A DNA stretch of 64,000 nt from Chiloscyllium plagiosum (GCF_004010195.1 NC_057751.1:10286589-10350588); one strand, 5' to 3'. Counted from the stretch's first letter, positions 1 through 13,400 are shown. The notes: generated by a model from the letters alone, not told the origin. Numbers and translations: made by a program.

Positions 1-400
1 ATTGCCCGTTTTTAAGAATGCCTGCCTGGTGCTGCTCCTGATGTGCCCTCCTACACTCTGCATTGAACTGGGGTTGATCCCTGGCTTGATGGTCATGGTT
101 GAGTTTGGGATTTTCTCGGCCATGAGATATGAATGTTGTGCTGGAGTACAATTCTGCTGCTGTTGATGGCCCACAGCGTTTTGTAGGTACCTGGTCTTGA
201 GTTCCTAGATCTGTTTGTAGTCCTAGCCGTGCAGCACAGTTACAGTGCCACACACAAGTGCAGGTATTTTCAATGCAAAGGCAGGACTTTGTCTCCACAA
301 GGACTGTACGGCAGTCACTGTTAGGGAAACTGTCACGGACAGATGCATTTGCAGCTGGTAGACTGGTAAGGATGATTTAAGTATGTTTTCCCTCTTGTTA
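1..400 (-). mobile_element. Old degenerate CR1-like LINE fragment
   Basis: Resembles by eye the endonuclease region of the old LINE family whose RT/3' part occurs at 42620-43140 and 63000-63920; no intact ORF. Confidence 0.45.
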
Positions 401-602
401 CTTCCCAGATAGGGGTCTGGAGTAGCACGTAGACGAGATGAGGATGGCAGATTTCCTTCCCTGAAGGACATTAGTGAACCAAATGGGTTTTTCTGATAAC
501 TGACCAAGGGTTCATCGTCATCAAGACATTGGATTTGATACCTGGTCCCCAAGACATTTGCTAAGTCTTGCGATTAATACCTCCTGAGCCACCACCTCCT
601 GG
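400..602 (-). mobile_element. Old SINE-like repeat (related copies at 3720-4050 + and 29930-30235 +)
   Basis: The core ggcagatttccttccctgaaggacattagtgaacc is the reverse complement of the degenerate 'ttcatgtccatgagagatggaaacggctgt...ctacatgtgactcc' core near 30085-30145. Confidence 0.55.
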
Positions 603-752
603 ATACAAGGTCCATTATGGCAGCCAAGAAGTTTTGAACATAAGACCACTTAAGTTTTCTGGTTGAGCTGATGACATGTTGGATCATTTGTCTTAATTCA
701 AAATGATCTTACAGAGATTGGTAAATCTATTCCAATGTTCATTGTATTGCAG

Positions 753-877
753 CCATTGGAGATTCGTGAGACATGCCCAGAAAAGGCAGCTAAAGTAGAT
801 TTTCTGGTAGTATGGGCCTCAAGTCAGGAGGAAGGGAAGAAGCTTGTACTGCTGTCATCAGCATTGGAGAGTGGCAG
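753..877 (+). CDS. M17 leucyl aminopeptidase-like (W07G4.4-like) gene, in-window exon 1 (internal exon; 5' exons are upstream of the window)
   Basis: ttgcAG|CCATTG...GGCAG|GTaaga. Translates PLEIRETCPEKAAKVDFLVVWASSQEEGKKLVLLSSALESG(R). 125 nt; its phase-2 end joins the next exon in frame. Confidence 0.9.
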
Positions 878-1742
878 GTAAGAATTTCCCAAGGATTGTG
901 TAGGTTTAAAAAGCCATCTCTTAGCACTGGGATAAAATTGGTTACTTAATGTACTGATTAACCAACTCCATACTTGTTATTTGGGTCTGTTATTATATGC
1001 ATGTTGCAACCACATAATAACTAATTTGGGCTGTTAGCGTAAGTTTTATTTGTCTGTCTTGCAACAGAATGTTCCTTGTGTTCTGGGCATTACTGCTACA
1101 TCTGCAGTTTGTGTTCACTTGCTGTTTGGTATTGTATTTTCCAGTCCAGAGTTCAGTTGCTGCTGCTGGCACATATAATCTTACTGCTCCTGATTATAAT
1201 GTTTGCTTAGTCACTCTAACGCTCTTGACTGTAGAAAGCTGTAGAATTGCAGCATTTCAAGTTGAGTTTAAGATCTATACACAGCACTAGTATATAACTA
1301 ATTCACTCAACTGGTATTCCCTCTGGTCATTGGTCAGGCTACTTGAATGTAAGGGTAGTTATTTTGCTTGTAGCTTGGGGTTATCTGCAATTATTACTGA
1401 ATATCCATTGAAGCGTCACATCTTTCATATACTTTTTTTTAGACTTGAAAACTGCTTGAGTCAACTACAAGTTACTGACCATTGGTCGCAAATGTGGCAA
1501 CCATCATCCACTTTTACTGAGACATGTAATCTCCTCTTGTTAGTTACTATCAGCCTGACTTTGCCACTCTGTGGTCAGGACTCCTTACTTCTGTACTCCT
1601 GTGAGGGACGTCACGACATGTCTTGAAGCTCGCATATCAACTTGATCATTTTTCCATCATGCTCTTAAATTAGGACTACAGCTGCATTGCTAACAAATCG
1701 GTTCATTTCTCTGACTTAATATCATCACTTTTGTCTTTACAG

Positions 1743-1842
1743 AACTGTATGCAGGGATATTGGTGGATCTGACCCAGAGAGAATGGCTGCTCCAAAAGTG
1801 GCTGACTATGTTCAGAGTCTTTTTAGTAATTCTGTTGTAGCT
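1743..1842 (+). CDS. M17 aminopeptidase-like, in-window exon 2
   Basis: tttacAG|AACTG...GTAGCT|GTaagt. (R)TVCRDIGGSDPERMAAPKVADYVQSLFSNSVVA. ESGR..RDIGGSDPERM is characteristic of the W07G4.4-like subfamily. Confidence 0.95.
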
Positions 1843-2273
1843 GTAAGTTTTCTCTTTGCTGGACCTTTTTCATCTTTTCATGTAACAGTTGCAAATTCTG
1901 CCCTTGTTTTCATACATCCGCTGCACTTCTGTTCTAAAATGAATGACAAGTTTAGAACGATCAAGAACAGATTGCACCCCTAATCTTTCATACCATGATC
2001 TTCAAATTAGCTCCTTCAAACTACTGTGCTAACCTCAAGTCCTCAATTTTTGCCATTTTAAATATTGATACGTTTCTCTTCTGGCAGTTGGAATTTGATT
2101 TGCTTGTAATGTTTTCAGGCCATGCGTTAAAAATCTTAAGTTGTTGGATGGATTTAATTGTGTTTTTTTTTATTGGCTGATAGCTGGGTGGTATTGGGCT
2201 TGTGACAACTATAGCCATATAATTTCAAGGCCCATATTTACTCCCAACGTAAGTTTCTCTGCAGAAGATTGAG

Positions 2274-2422
2274 ATAGAAAATTGATGTTTCAGGCCGGAG
2301 CCCTTGGCTCTGGCCCAAAATGTTGATTTTCCTGCTCCTCGGGTGATGCCTGACCTGCTGTGCTTTTCCAGCAACACACTCTCAACTCTGATCTCCAACA
2401 TCTGCAGACCTCACTGTCTCCT
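2274..2422 (+). mobile_element. Penelope-like mini-insertion with a short 5' inversion and an 11-bp TSD
   Basis: Flanked by AGAAGATTGAG at 2263-2273 and 2423-2433. Body matches the 'gcctgacctgctgtgcttttccagc...tctgcag' PLE terminal repeat. Confidence 0.8.
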
Positions 2423-4468
2423 AGAAGATTGAGTTGGACTGGTGCAGTTCCTTCTATAGTGACTTAAGAAGGATATTGATCCGGCAACAGTGAGTGAACC
2501 ATCATATTCCTCCAAATCAGTATGGGAGTGGCTTGGAGGGAAGTATGCAGGTTGTGCTGTTTCCTGTTGGCCCAATTCTTATATAGGCCGACCTCTATAT
2601 CTGCGGGTCGAGTTTCCATGGTTTCCGTTTCCGTTTCCATGGCTGGAACACAAAAGGAAACATTTCTGGAGCCGGGGACCCCGACGCTGCCAGGCAGGTA
2701 TGTTTCTCATGTAAATGAATGGGTTTGCTCCTATCTGTGGTTTCAGGCTTCTGTGGTAGGTCCTGGAACATATCTGCTGTGGGTATTGGGGGACAACTGT
2801 AATTGAGCAATCTCAAATTTAGAAGGTTCTGTTGAAGGAATTTATGGTAAGTTGCAACTCGTGGATTGTACACACTACTTCCACAGTCAACAATGGGGGG
2901 ATTAAACATTGAAGGCGAAGCAGCAGTTTAAATATGACACATTCAGCTAAGAAAGGAAATATCTGATCTCTGACAGAGATGAGAATGCTTTCTTGACATT
3001 GGCAGTTTAGAGCCAATTTTTATTTTACCTGCTTCTCTCCTCATTCTGTGGTAGATCCCATCAGTCCCTTTGGATGGAGCTACCTTTAATGATCTGCAAG
3101 ACACCCAACACCACTTCATTAATAATATTGGCCTGCCATAGAATATTAATATACCCTCCCGAATCTTAGCATCATCTGTGTCATTCTCTGTGGTGGATAC
3201 CAATGTGAAGTACTGGTCCTGACCTGTTTCCTCTGGCTCCTTGCATAAATGGCCTTGTTTTTTGTCCTTGATTGGATCGATCCTATTCCTTGCTATCCTC
3301 TTGTTCCTAGTTTTGGTATGAAAAGCGTTGGTATTTTCCTAAATCCTACTTGCAAATGCCACTTCATGGCCCCTTTTCACTACAGTTACCTTGATTTGTG
3401 CAAGTAAGAGGTTTGAAATTTTTTTTTCAAACAGCAAAAAGGATGAGTTGAACCTTGGCCCGGTTGTGGACACTCACTACTTGATCTGCCTTCATGTATT
3501 ATTGTTCGTTAGCTTCTGGTAGCTTACTCTGAACATTTGACGATTTAGATCTTTTCCATGTGACAGATTTTTAATGTAAAATTAGAGTAAACAGTGGGAC
3601 TGCTTCAAAATCTAAGTTATGATTCAGTGGGTTTGTCCTTCTTGCAGAGCCTAACGCCAGGGCTTGATGGTCCAAGGAAGATGAGTTCACATTACAGCCA
3701 AATAGCTCGAGTATCCCCATGGAATTACTGTAGTAATGTCACTGAACTAACAAGGCAGAACCCCAAGCTAATGTTTTGGACATAGGTTGATGTTGTGCTG
3801 TAAAGTTGAAACCAAAAACTAAGCCTGGGATTTGGAGAAAAGTGTAATGCCAAACATGTATTCCCTTTGGATTTTCATAAAAGCTCATCTCCTTCTCCCA
3901 TGCCCTTTTTTTTTGAGGGAAATAAATGTACTTTTCTAACTTGATTCCACGCCCACAGTAAATATTGATGACTTTGAACTCCCTTCTGGACAGCTAGGAA
4001 TGGGAACTAATTGCTGGACAAGCCAGCGATATTCAAACAAATCAATGAAAAAAATTGGTTCCTGAGCAGCCATGTAATGGAAAGAACATTGCAGCCGTGG
4101 CCATTCAAAGTAAAAATTCCAGGTGAGAAAGGGTACGTAGAGGTGTATGCTGCCACAGCATTCCTGATTGCTTGCAGGGGCATCTTGTTACTTGACTACA
4201 ATTAGTATATGGATCAGATTGGTAGCACCAGTGCAGGATTTGGTCCTATGCATGCTAAGGTGCATTTGGGTGCTGCCTCCATGCCCTGCCTGTGGGGGTC
4301 TTGTTGGTGTGGGTGAAATCTGCATTCGGTCAAGAACCATTTTGCAAGCCATTTTCAGAAAGTCAAGGCAAACTGTTAAGAAGCCTAATGTGAAAAACTG
4401 AATTATCTGTTGGAATTTATGAAAGCTAAGAGCCAGGTGGAAAATAAATTCTTCATCTTAATTGCCAG

Positions 4469-4544
4469 GTTTCAGTCACAAGTGATTCTGTGATTCTCAA
4501 GGAGCAGTACCCGTGCTTGGCAGCAGTCAATCGCTGTGCCAAAG
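4469..4544 (+). CDS. M17 aminopeptidase-like, in-window exon 3
   Basis: gccAG|GTTTCA...AAAG|GTaagt. VSVTSDSVILKEQYPCLAAVNRCAK; phase 0 start, phase 1 end. Confidence 0.93.
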
Positions 4545-5403
4545 GTAAGTTGGTGTTCCACTCAGCTGAGTCTTTACCCTCGTAAAAGTTTGTTAGATTG
4601 AATTTTATCGATATCTGCTCGGCTGTTTTCACACTAAGTTTCTTTTGGTATTCCAAGATGATTTTTCTCAACATGTTTGAAACATTTGATTTGTGGAACA
4701 AAAGCAGTGTTCAGTGTACATCCATATGTGTTAGATGAGTTACAGATGTGGTTTGTTCCAAGCCCAAGGTGGATTCAGTGTGTCCCTTGGTCAAGGATTG
4801 GAGGTGCGATGGTGGAGTATGCTCTTGGATGCAGAAGGAGAGTTTGGGACAGGGCATAGCACCCTCTGCATACAAAAGTCAATGGACTGTGTGCCAAATG
4901 AGGGTTGTTGGGAGGTTGCCACCCTTGGGTCTGTGAAGGAGGAGGGTTGGAGATGTCCTTGTGTGCACAAGGGCTGTCATGACCTGAGGTGCACGCATGC
5001 TCACTCGAGAGCCAAGGTGGGGGTCATGACTTTCACGAGTGAGCTGTGTTCGCTTTTTGTGGAATGAGTCCCTTGTTTGAGAGTTGGTGGTGGGCAATGG
5101 GGTGGTGCCTACTACAGTTGGGATGTGTGTCCATGATGGAAAAGACTGGGTTTGTACAATTGTAGTTATGAGGAGGCTGTCATGGGCTGCGGGCTTGGGC
5201 TGTTCAGGTTGTGGGGGACACTGCTTCGGCATGGAGACTTGTCAGGTGCTTTGAGAGGTCTTTAGATTCTCCAACCCTTGGAACCTCACACATCGGATTA
5301 TTTTTCTGTCTGTCTGTCTGCCATGACCACCTACCACTACCAACTTGCTGAGTCTTCAATTCAGAGTACATGTGCTATGATTTTTCCCTTTTCATTCCCA
5401 CAG

Positions 5404-5489
5404 ATGTTGAGCGGCATCGAGCACGTGTTATTGAACTGCATTACACAGGAGAGGGTGCCACTGATAAAACACTCATGCTTGTGGGCAAG
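5404..5489 (+). CDS. M17 aminopeptidase-like, in-window exon 4
   Basis: cacAG|ATGTT...GGCAAG|GTaagt. (D)VERHRARVIELHYTGEGATDKTLMLVGK, ending in the metal-ligand Lys of VGKG. Confidence 0.95.
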
Positions 5490-5986
5490 GTAAGTATCGC
5501 ATCACAGAATTGTGATCTGGCTAACCATGTCCTTCATGTATTGTTAAGTGTATACAGCATGTGTCAAGAAGTTTATAACAGATTGCAAAACCATGTCTCT
5601 CTATGGGTATTAGCTGCATGCACCTGTTGTAAACAAATTACATTTTGTGTTCAATGAGTTTGGAGGTGAAAGTCCTTTTTTACATGAAAGTCAAGGCAGT
5701 TCAATATTCATGTGAGAAATTCGAAGTCCTCGTAGCTACACCGTACATGAAGTTTAGCTGTCTGGTGCGAGAATGGGATTTACTTCTAACATGAATTTAG
5801 CATTTTGAATTGTTGTATGAATAATTTTTAACATCTGAGGGGTTTTGTTAAATTATTAATGTTTTCTACAAACTTGCATGTTGGTGAAAATGCTTGAATA
5901 ATCAATCACTAAACTTCAGGCATTATTTTGACCTTGCAGCTAAGTAACAGTCAAAATAACAAACATGAAATGGTCATCTTTCACAG

Positions 5987-6091
5987 GGGGTAACCTACGA
6001 TACGGGAGGTGCAGACATAAAAGCTGGAGGTGTTATGGCAGGAATGCACAGAGACAAATGTGGAGCTGCAGCAGTTGCAGGCTTTTTCCAG
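5987..6091 (+). CDS. M17 aminopeptidase-like, in-window exon 5
   Basis: cacAG|GGGGTA...TTCCAG|GTattt. GVTYDTGGADIKAGGVMAGMHRDKCGAAAVAGFFQ, carrying the M17 metal-ligand Asp residues and catalytic Lys. Confidence 0.97.
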
Positions 6092-6651
6092 GTATTTACT
6101 CTGTTTTCCTGTTCAGATGAAGCTTGCTTATTTGTATCAAAACTTGTGATCAACTCAGCTCAGCCTTGTTTCCTGAGTTTTTGATGTTTAATTCTGTCTG
6201 ATAGCAGGATCTTGGCTGTGTTTCTCTCTTTTGAGAGAAGGGATAATACTCAAACGTAGACTGCTGTGGTCAAGAAACTGAATCTGATAAATTCTGTGAA
6301 TCAGAACAAAACATTGTTACATAATGATGAGTTCTGTGTCTTTGTGGCTGTCTATCCTGCCATTTGCTTCAAATCTGTTGTATGCAAGCAATGCAACTTT
6401 AACTTGGGTTTCGTCAATCGTGTCTTGTTTTGACGGCTATTACTTCATGTGCAGCATTATTATTGCAGGAATGATAGGCCATCTTTACAAGTTGTTTGCT
6501 GTCAAATAGCTTGTATTCATTTTGCAAACTCATTTGCCCTATCCAAATTGTTTTCTTGTGCTGAATGAAATGAAGCCTCTTTGCACCCCTTCTTAGTTTG
6601 CAATTTAAGTTTCATCTTCCATGTTTTATTGAATGTTGTTGTTGTCCACAG

Positions 6652-6727
6652 GTGTTGTCCATTCTGAAACCAAAAGGAATCCAAGTGATAGGAGCAATGG
6701 CAATGGTTAGGAACAGTGTTGGTTCAG
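6652..6727 (+). CDS. M17 aminopeptidase-like, in-window exon 6
   Basis: cacAG|GTGTTG...TCAG|GTaatg. VLSILKPKGIQVIGAMAMVRNSVGS. Confidence 0.93.
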
Positions 6728-7429
6728 GTAATGTGAATCAGAGAAGCATGGCATTTATAAATGGATGATGACAACTGCATTTGTTCAGTCCTGCTGCTGT
6801 TTGTCCAAATTTGCAAGGATGAGGGAATTTATTTTGTAAGCTGTGATGCATCTGTTGCTTTTGGATCATCATGGAAGGATGAAGAATGTAGTGTTGGCAA
6901 TGAAATCAACTCCAAAACTTATAAAGATGGTGCTCTGATTGCACTTGAAGTTTCAGATGAATAACAGTTAAATGGAAGGCAGAAAAATAAAAGGAGAAAG
7001 TGAGGACTGCAGATGCTGGAGATCAAAGTAAAACAAAATGTGGCACTGAGAAAAATAACAGGCAGTGTCATCCATTTGTTTTGGTTTTTTATTTGCTTAT
7101 TGAGGCTACTGATCTGAAGTGGCATTTCAAGTTGCCTTTCTCTGATGGGATTCACCTTCACTAATCTGGGGCCAATGGCTAGTCACAGGGACTTGAAAGG
7201 AGTGATCAGGGAGGCCCCAAGTTAAGTCACTACAGTTTCAAAATCAAATAATAGGACAGAAAGTGAAGAAACAATTATAAATCCTCCTTCAGGTACGGCA
7301 GGTGAAGGCAACATTTAACTAAGTGTATTCTTAACCATTTCTCTCTTGTGGTTTTATCAAGTTTTTAAAGCACCAGTGCTGAGTGACAGGTTACACTGTG
7401 TCTGGCCCAAATCATAGTTATTTCTCTCT

Positions 7430-9620
7430 AGTTGGAAGAGACTTGGAACAGACGTTTTGGTCCATCCAGCCCATACTGACCATAATCTCAAACTAAACTA
7501 GTCCCACCTTCTTGTATTTGGCCCACATCCCTCCAAACATTTCTTCATTTACTTTAAAACATTGTAACTACCTCCATCCACCACTTTGCCCGGAAGTTCA
7601 TTGCACACAGGAATCATCCTCTGTTTTTAAAAAAATCTTGCCCTTCACGTCTCTAAATATTTCTCCTCTCACCTTTAAAACTATACCCCAAGTCTTGAAA
7701 TTCACCCACCCAAGGGAAAAGACACCTGCTATTCACCTCATGCAGATCCTTGATCTTCTGATTTTATATACCTCTGTGAAGTCACCCCTCAACTTCCTAC
7801 AGTTATTAAGTTGAAGGCATGTACTGTGCCTTTGAGGAAGAGAATGCTGTTCTGAGCTGAGAGCTTCTGAACACCTGTGTATATGAGAAGATGGCAGTTC
7901 CAGAGTGTACTGGAAAACTGAAAATATGTACCATTTGGCTGTGAAATGGCTACCTGTGTTTTGGTTGCTGCTGAGACAACTATTCAAATTTCACCAGTTA
8001 AATTATGCCCCTGGATTCTAAAACCCAATCTCGTTTGAATTTATTTGATCCAATGAGATAATCTGATGGCGCAGTCAAAGAATATGGACATGTTGCAAAG
8101 TGGTCAGAGAGAAACTGCTAGAGAGTTAATTGCCCATTTAACATCATGCTGTCCAAGAAATTAGAAAATACTGTCCATCAAAGGTAGCTTTCACATGAAC
8201 TCATATTAGCAGTAATCACAAAGAAGGTGACCCTGAGAGATCAGCAGCAGGAAAATTGAAGACAGCAGAGAAGGTACAGACTGTGTGTGATTTTGAGATT
8301 AAGCTTAATGTAATTTTAATAAGTGTCTTATTGGAACAGCATACTGTTACAGAGTTGGAGTCAGAGTAAGCAATTAAGCAAGGGGGGGGGCTTAGATTTG
8401 TGATTTTTTTTTTCTTTAATGTTCACTTTTCAGGGTAAGAAAACAGTGATGTTATTTTCTTTAAATGATGGAATTTAGGAGTTGTCTGTTAGTCACATTT
8501 TAACCCATTACAAGGCAAGGCTCGTGATTTAATTAACAGAAAAGGTTCACCCCATGTCATAACACTACGCTCCAGTGGGAAAACGTCCTAGCCTATCCAG
8601 CCTCTCCTTACAACTCAAACCCTTCATTTCTGACAACAATCTTTTTAAATCTCTTCTGAAATCTCTTCAGCTGAATAATATCCTTCCTATAATGGGACAA
8701 CCACAACTGGACATAGTTAATTAGAAGAAGCCTCACCAATGTCCTGTACAATCACAACATGCACCAACTCTTATACTCCAAAGTCCTTCACTACCCTGTC
8801 TGTATGTGACAGAATCTTCAAGGAATTATGCACCTGAACCCCTCAGTTTCTCTGTTCAACAACACTGCCCACTGCCCAACTTTTAATTGTAAATCCTGTC
8901 CTTGTTTGTTTTATCAAAATGCAACATCTCACATATATCCAAATTAAACTGTGGTCACTCTTCGGCTCATTCATCCCATTGATGAGGATATCTTCATAAT
9001 CTTAAATAACACTTTCTTCATTGTCAACTACGCCACGAACTTTGCAGTCAGCTGCCAAGTTACTAACTGTGCCTTCGAAATTGTCATCGAAATCATTTAA
9101 ATAAATGACAGACAAAAATTGGCCCAGCGCTGATCCCTGTGGAATACTTCTGGTCATACACTTCTAGTTTGAAAATGAACTCCTTGCCACCACTGTTGGT
9201 CTCCTGCATTTAAGCTAATTTTATATCCTATCAGCAAGTTCACCCTGAATCCCATGTGCTCTAACTCTACTAATTAATCTACCCTGAGGAAACTTGCCCA
9301 AGTCTTTCCTGAAAACCAAGTAAACCATGTCTACCTCTCTGCTCTCATTAATCTTCCAGGTCACATCCTCAAAAAATTCAATCAAATTTGTCAGACACAA
9401 TTCCCTCACACACAATCATGCTGACTGTGACTAATCATTCCTTGTCTTTCCAAAGGCATATAAATCCTATCTTTTAAGAATCACCTCAACAACTTTACCG
9501 CCACCAAAGTCAGACTTTTAGATCTACACTTCCCAGGCTTCTCCTTCGAACCCCTTTCTAAACCAAGACACTCTCCAGTCATCTGGCACCTTGCCCATAG
9601 CTATAGAAGATATTTCTGCA
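7430..9620 (-). mobile_element. CR1 LINE (3' half of RT plus tail), interrupted by a solo LTR
   Basis: ORF-track fragments CLTNLIEFFEDVT...VYLVFRKD..KFPQGRLISRVRAHGIQG and KLRGDFTEVYKI; the CR1 sequence resumes exactly after 8564. Confidence 0.85.
7801..8564 (+). mobile_element. Solo LTR (Gypsy-like), 764 bp, 4-bp TSD
   Basis: CTAC|aGTTAT...ATAACA|CTAC: short terminal inverted repeat and a duplicated 4-mer, splitting a CR1. Confidence 0.75.
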
Positions 9621-9964
9621 AGGAGCAGAAACATTTGGTTAACTGTGAATCTGAGATGTATAGGATTTTTGTTCAGCAAAATTAAGGGATGTGGGCCAAA
9701 GGAAAGTATATGGAATTAGAAGAGGCTTGAGGTACTGAACGGCCTACATCTGTTCTTGTGTTCCCATGCAGAGTAAGGTTACTTAGTTTTAGATCATTAC
9801 AATTACAACTTGGTTTAGGCTTGTTTCTTAATCATTTTACTGCTTCATGTGGGTTTCAACATGGTGCTGACTTTGTCATTTTTCGAGACAGTTGAGACGT
9901 TTTATTTTAGTCTTCAAGAAGCACTGGCTATTGCTCTCTTGAGTTTGTTATTTTTCTTGTCTAG

Positions 9965-10083
9965 ATTGTTATGTAGCAGATGAGCTTATCACATCCCGTG
10001 CGAAGAGAAGAATTCGGGTGGGAAATACAGATGCAGAAGGGCGGATGGCAATGGTGGATCTGCTGTGCCACATGAAAGAATTG
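9965..10083 (+). CDS. M17 aminopeptidase-like, in-window exon 7 (NTDAEGR signature)
   Basis: ctAG|ATTGT...GAATTG|GTgtgt. (D)CYVADELITSRAKRRIRVGNTDAEGRMAMVDLLCHMKEL. Confidence 0.97.
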
Positions 10084-10467
10084 GTGTGTATATCTTCTGA
10101 ATTAGCAAGAGAATGTGTGTTTTTTTTTTCTTCAAGGTTGTAAAGCACTTAAGTTGCAGTTGGCTGTTGTACAACATCTTTCAAGTACTTGTTGCGTGAG
10201 GTGGAGGATGATTTTTTTTTAGCGTTCCACAAAAACCAAGACCTGTTCTACAGTTTTAAACATGGGTTGAAGAATGAGAAACAGAGGCTGAAACATTTCT
10301 TGCTGATGTTAGTTTTCCTTTAACTTTGCTACCTCATGGTCAAAACAGTTGGCTTTTAAGTTGTTGCGTTTCATTTCAGTTTAACAAATCATTTTAGTCT
10401 CTGAGGAAAAGGTACAACATTGACTTCAAGTTGGAGATTATAAACATTGACACTGACCACAATATAA

Positions 10468-13400
10468 TCTTATGAAGACGTCGAGGTCCTGGACCTTGAA
10501 GAGGATTGAAAAGCTAGCAAGGCCTGCCTAACTCAGCACCAAGAGTTCTGAACAAGTTAACAATGTAACATTTGGGCAAAACAGCTAGCCATGAGACAGA
10601 GTCAAATTCAAATTTGTCCAATCTGTTGAAATTATGCTCCAAGATACTCCAGTCTAATCAAGTTTCAATTTAGTATTTTGATTCATGTTTCATTGGTTTT
10701 ATTAATCTGATGTTTTCGGGTATAAAACCGGACATTTCTCAACAGTTGAGAGAGAACTGCTAAAAGACCAGCGATGTCAGCTGCGGGTTTAAGAGCACTT
10801 TGAGAGGTGCATGTCTGTGGAAGAAGTCTGCGCAGCAGAACATTGCAACAGACCTGGAGAGAATCGACAAAGGAGGTTTGGCAAAGCTGACAGATTTTGA
10901 AACGTGATTTTTTTTTTAATCAGACGAGAGTGAGAGATAAAAGGTAGGTTTAAAAGAAAGTAGTTATGGGGAATCCAAGATGGTGGCAATCTAGGAGGAT
11001 CGCACTGCAGAGCTCTGCACTACTGCACAAGCAGGGAAGAACTTCTAACCCACCCACCCCGGTCCATTGTGATATCCTGGGAAAGGTTGTGGAGTTCCAG
11101 GAAACTGTGGAAAATCATCTTAGCTGCGTTTTTGCCATCTAGGCATGCCAAACAGTGGAGGAGGAGTGTCCGAGGCCGGGCCCACGGCCCAGCCTGCAGG
11201 ATCTTCGGACTCTATTACCTACCAGGCCCAGGTGAAGGAGCTTGCGAAATGTTGGGGAAGCAGATAGATATTTGGGCCAGCTTCTCCTCTATCATGCTGC
11301 AGAAACATGAACAGCAGCTGGGAGGCCTGGAAAAAAGGATGGGTGAGATTGAACACAGAGTCAGTCGTGGAAGCTGATGCCAGTTCCTCCACTGACAGGA
11401 TCCAAACCATGGAGATGCAGGTTTGTAACTTGAGTGACCAAGTGGAGGGTCTTGAAAACATGGGCAGGAGAAAAAATATCCAGATCGTCGGTCTGCTGGA
11501 GGGTAAGGAAGGTAAGCGGCTGGTGGAATTTATTGAGGATTGGTTGCTGAAATTCCTTAACTTGGAGGCTGGATTGCAAGGCTTGAAGGTTAAGAGGGCG
11601 CACTGGGTCATGGTGCGGAGGTCAGATCTGGGTTGACATCCTTGTCCTTTTGGTGCTGTTTTATCATTATCAAGACAAGGAGAGAATCATGGAAACTCCC
11701 AGAATCCAGGAAAAGGGAAGGTTCGAATTTACGGGGGCTCCAAGATAATGTTCTTCCAGGACTTCTCAGCGGCAGTGATCCTGTAAAGGAATTCTATGAC
11801 AGTGTCAAGAGAAGACTGAGGGAGCTTGGAATCCAGTATTCTGAGGAATCTGGCGGTGCTTCAGATCATCTTAAATGGATCCGTACATTTCTTTGACATG
11901 TCAGAGAAGGCAAGAGACTTTGTTCAGATTAAGTTAATTTGTCAACAATGTAGTATGTACAAATAGTGTCTTTGTTTTTTTTCTTTGAAAAAAAGCAGGA
12001 AGTGCAGTTGGGGCTTTCTTGTCCTATTTTTCTTGGTAATAATCTGGTTGAAACTATGTTTGGAGGCGGTTGAGATGTGTACTTTCAATTTCTAAGTTAA
12101 GTTATATCCAAGGATGGGTGAGATATTTACCCCCTTTTATTTATTTCAAAATTTCTATATTCACATTGCTATTCCATATTTTGTTTCTTTTTCTGCTTGT
12201 TTGCGGTGCGGCTCTAGCTAGGAGGAGGAAAATGGTTGGGATGGCTAGATGCCTACTTGCCAGTCGTTTGTACCTGGTTCAGGTATCTGAATGCTTGGGC
12301 TGCAGTCTTGGCAGTGGGATGTGAAATTGAGTTTTCGGATGAGTAGTTTTCCCCCTTTGGGCAGGGGTGAGTTCCCCTATTCAGCACCGTGGGACTTTAT
12401 ATGTTGGTTTGCTTTTTGGTTTTTGTTGTACATAATCTTTGATAGCTTTGTAGGTTTGTTAACTGTCATGGTTTTAGTTTATGTAGTTTTTCTGTTCGAT
12501 GCATCTTGCGACCCGAAGGCTCGGCAATTTGTGGTTCAAGTTCCTCCTGTCAGGAATTTAAATGTTACTGCAGAAGGTTATGGCTCATGGATTGATTAAA
12601 TAGTGCACCTGGAACATCAAGGGGAGTCACCCTCCTATTAAGAGGAAGAAGGTACTTTTGAGTCTTAGAAAGGAGAAGGTGGATATTGTTTTGTTACAGG
12701 AGACACAATTGGATGATAGGGAGCATTTGAAACTGTAGCATAATGGCTTTGATCAGGTTTACTTGTACTTTTCTTCTTTTAATACCAGAAGTAGGGAAGT
12801 GGCAACATTGGTTAGGAGGCATCTCCCATTTAAGTTGCGAGTATGTGTTAAAGACACACACGGGAGGCTTGTAATCCTTAAAGCCCTGATAAACGGGGAA
12901 GAATATGGTGTTTTTAAATGTTTTATTGCTCTCCGGCCCATCCCTCAAATTTCTGATAGATGCGTTCTCTGAACTGGTCAGTCTTCAGTCCCTGAATATC
13001 ATTTGTAGGGGAAGATTTTAACTGTTGCATGAATCCCACTTAGACAGATTGCCCAAAGGCCTCTTTTCCCCACCCCACCCCACCCCTGCCCTGGCTGCCA
13101 TATCCTATGTACAAACTCAACAATTAGTGGATCTGTGTGTGAAGTTAGGGCTGGTGGCCATCTGGAGGCGTCTCCACCTTTTTAAAGGCAGTGATTTTAC
13201 ATTTTTTTCAATCTGCGCAGATGTCACGCCAGGAATGATTTTTTTTTTGTTTCTGACCTTCATGGCACTCTGGGGCTTGTTGGCATCTTGTACGATTGGT
13301 AATATTACCATCTCCGATCACGCTCCAGTGTACCTGTTGGTTAAGATGAAGGACATTACAATGGGTCTGAGGCAGTGGCGAATAGATCCCTTTTATCCCC

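Noticed and set aside
4690..5270. GC-richer intronic block with overlapping ORFs
   Set aside because: Probably a decayed repeat, but I could not assign it; it is not needed for the in-frame exon chain.
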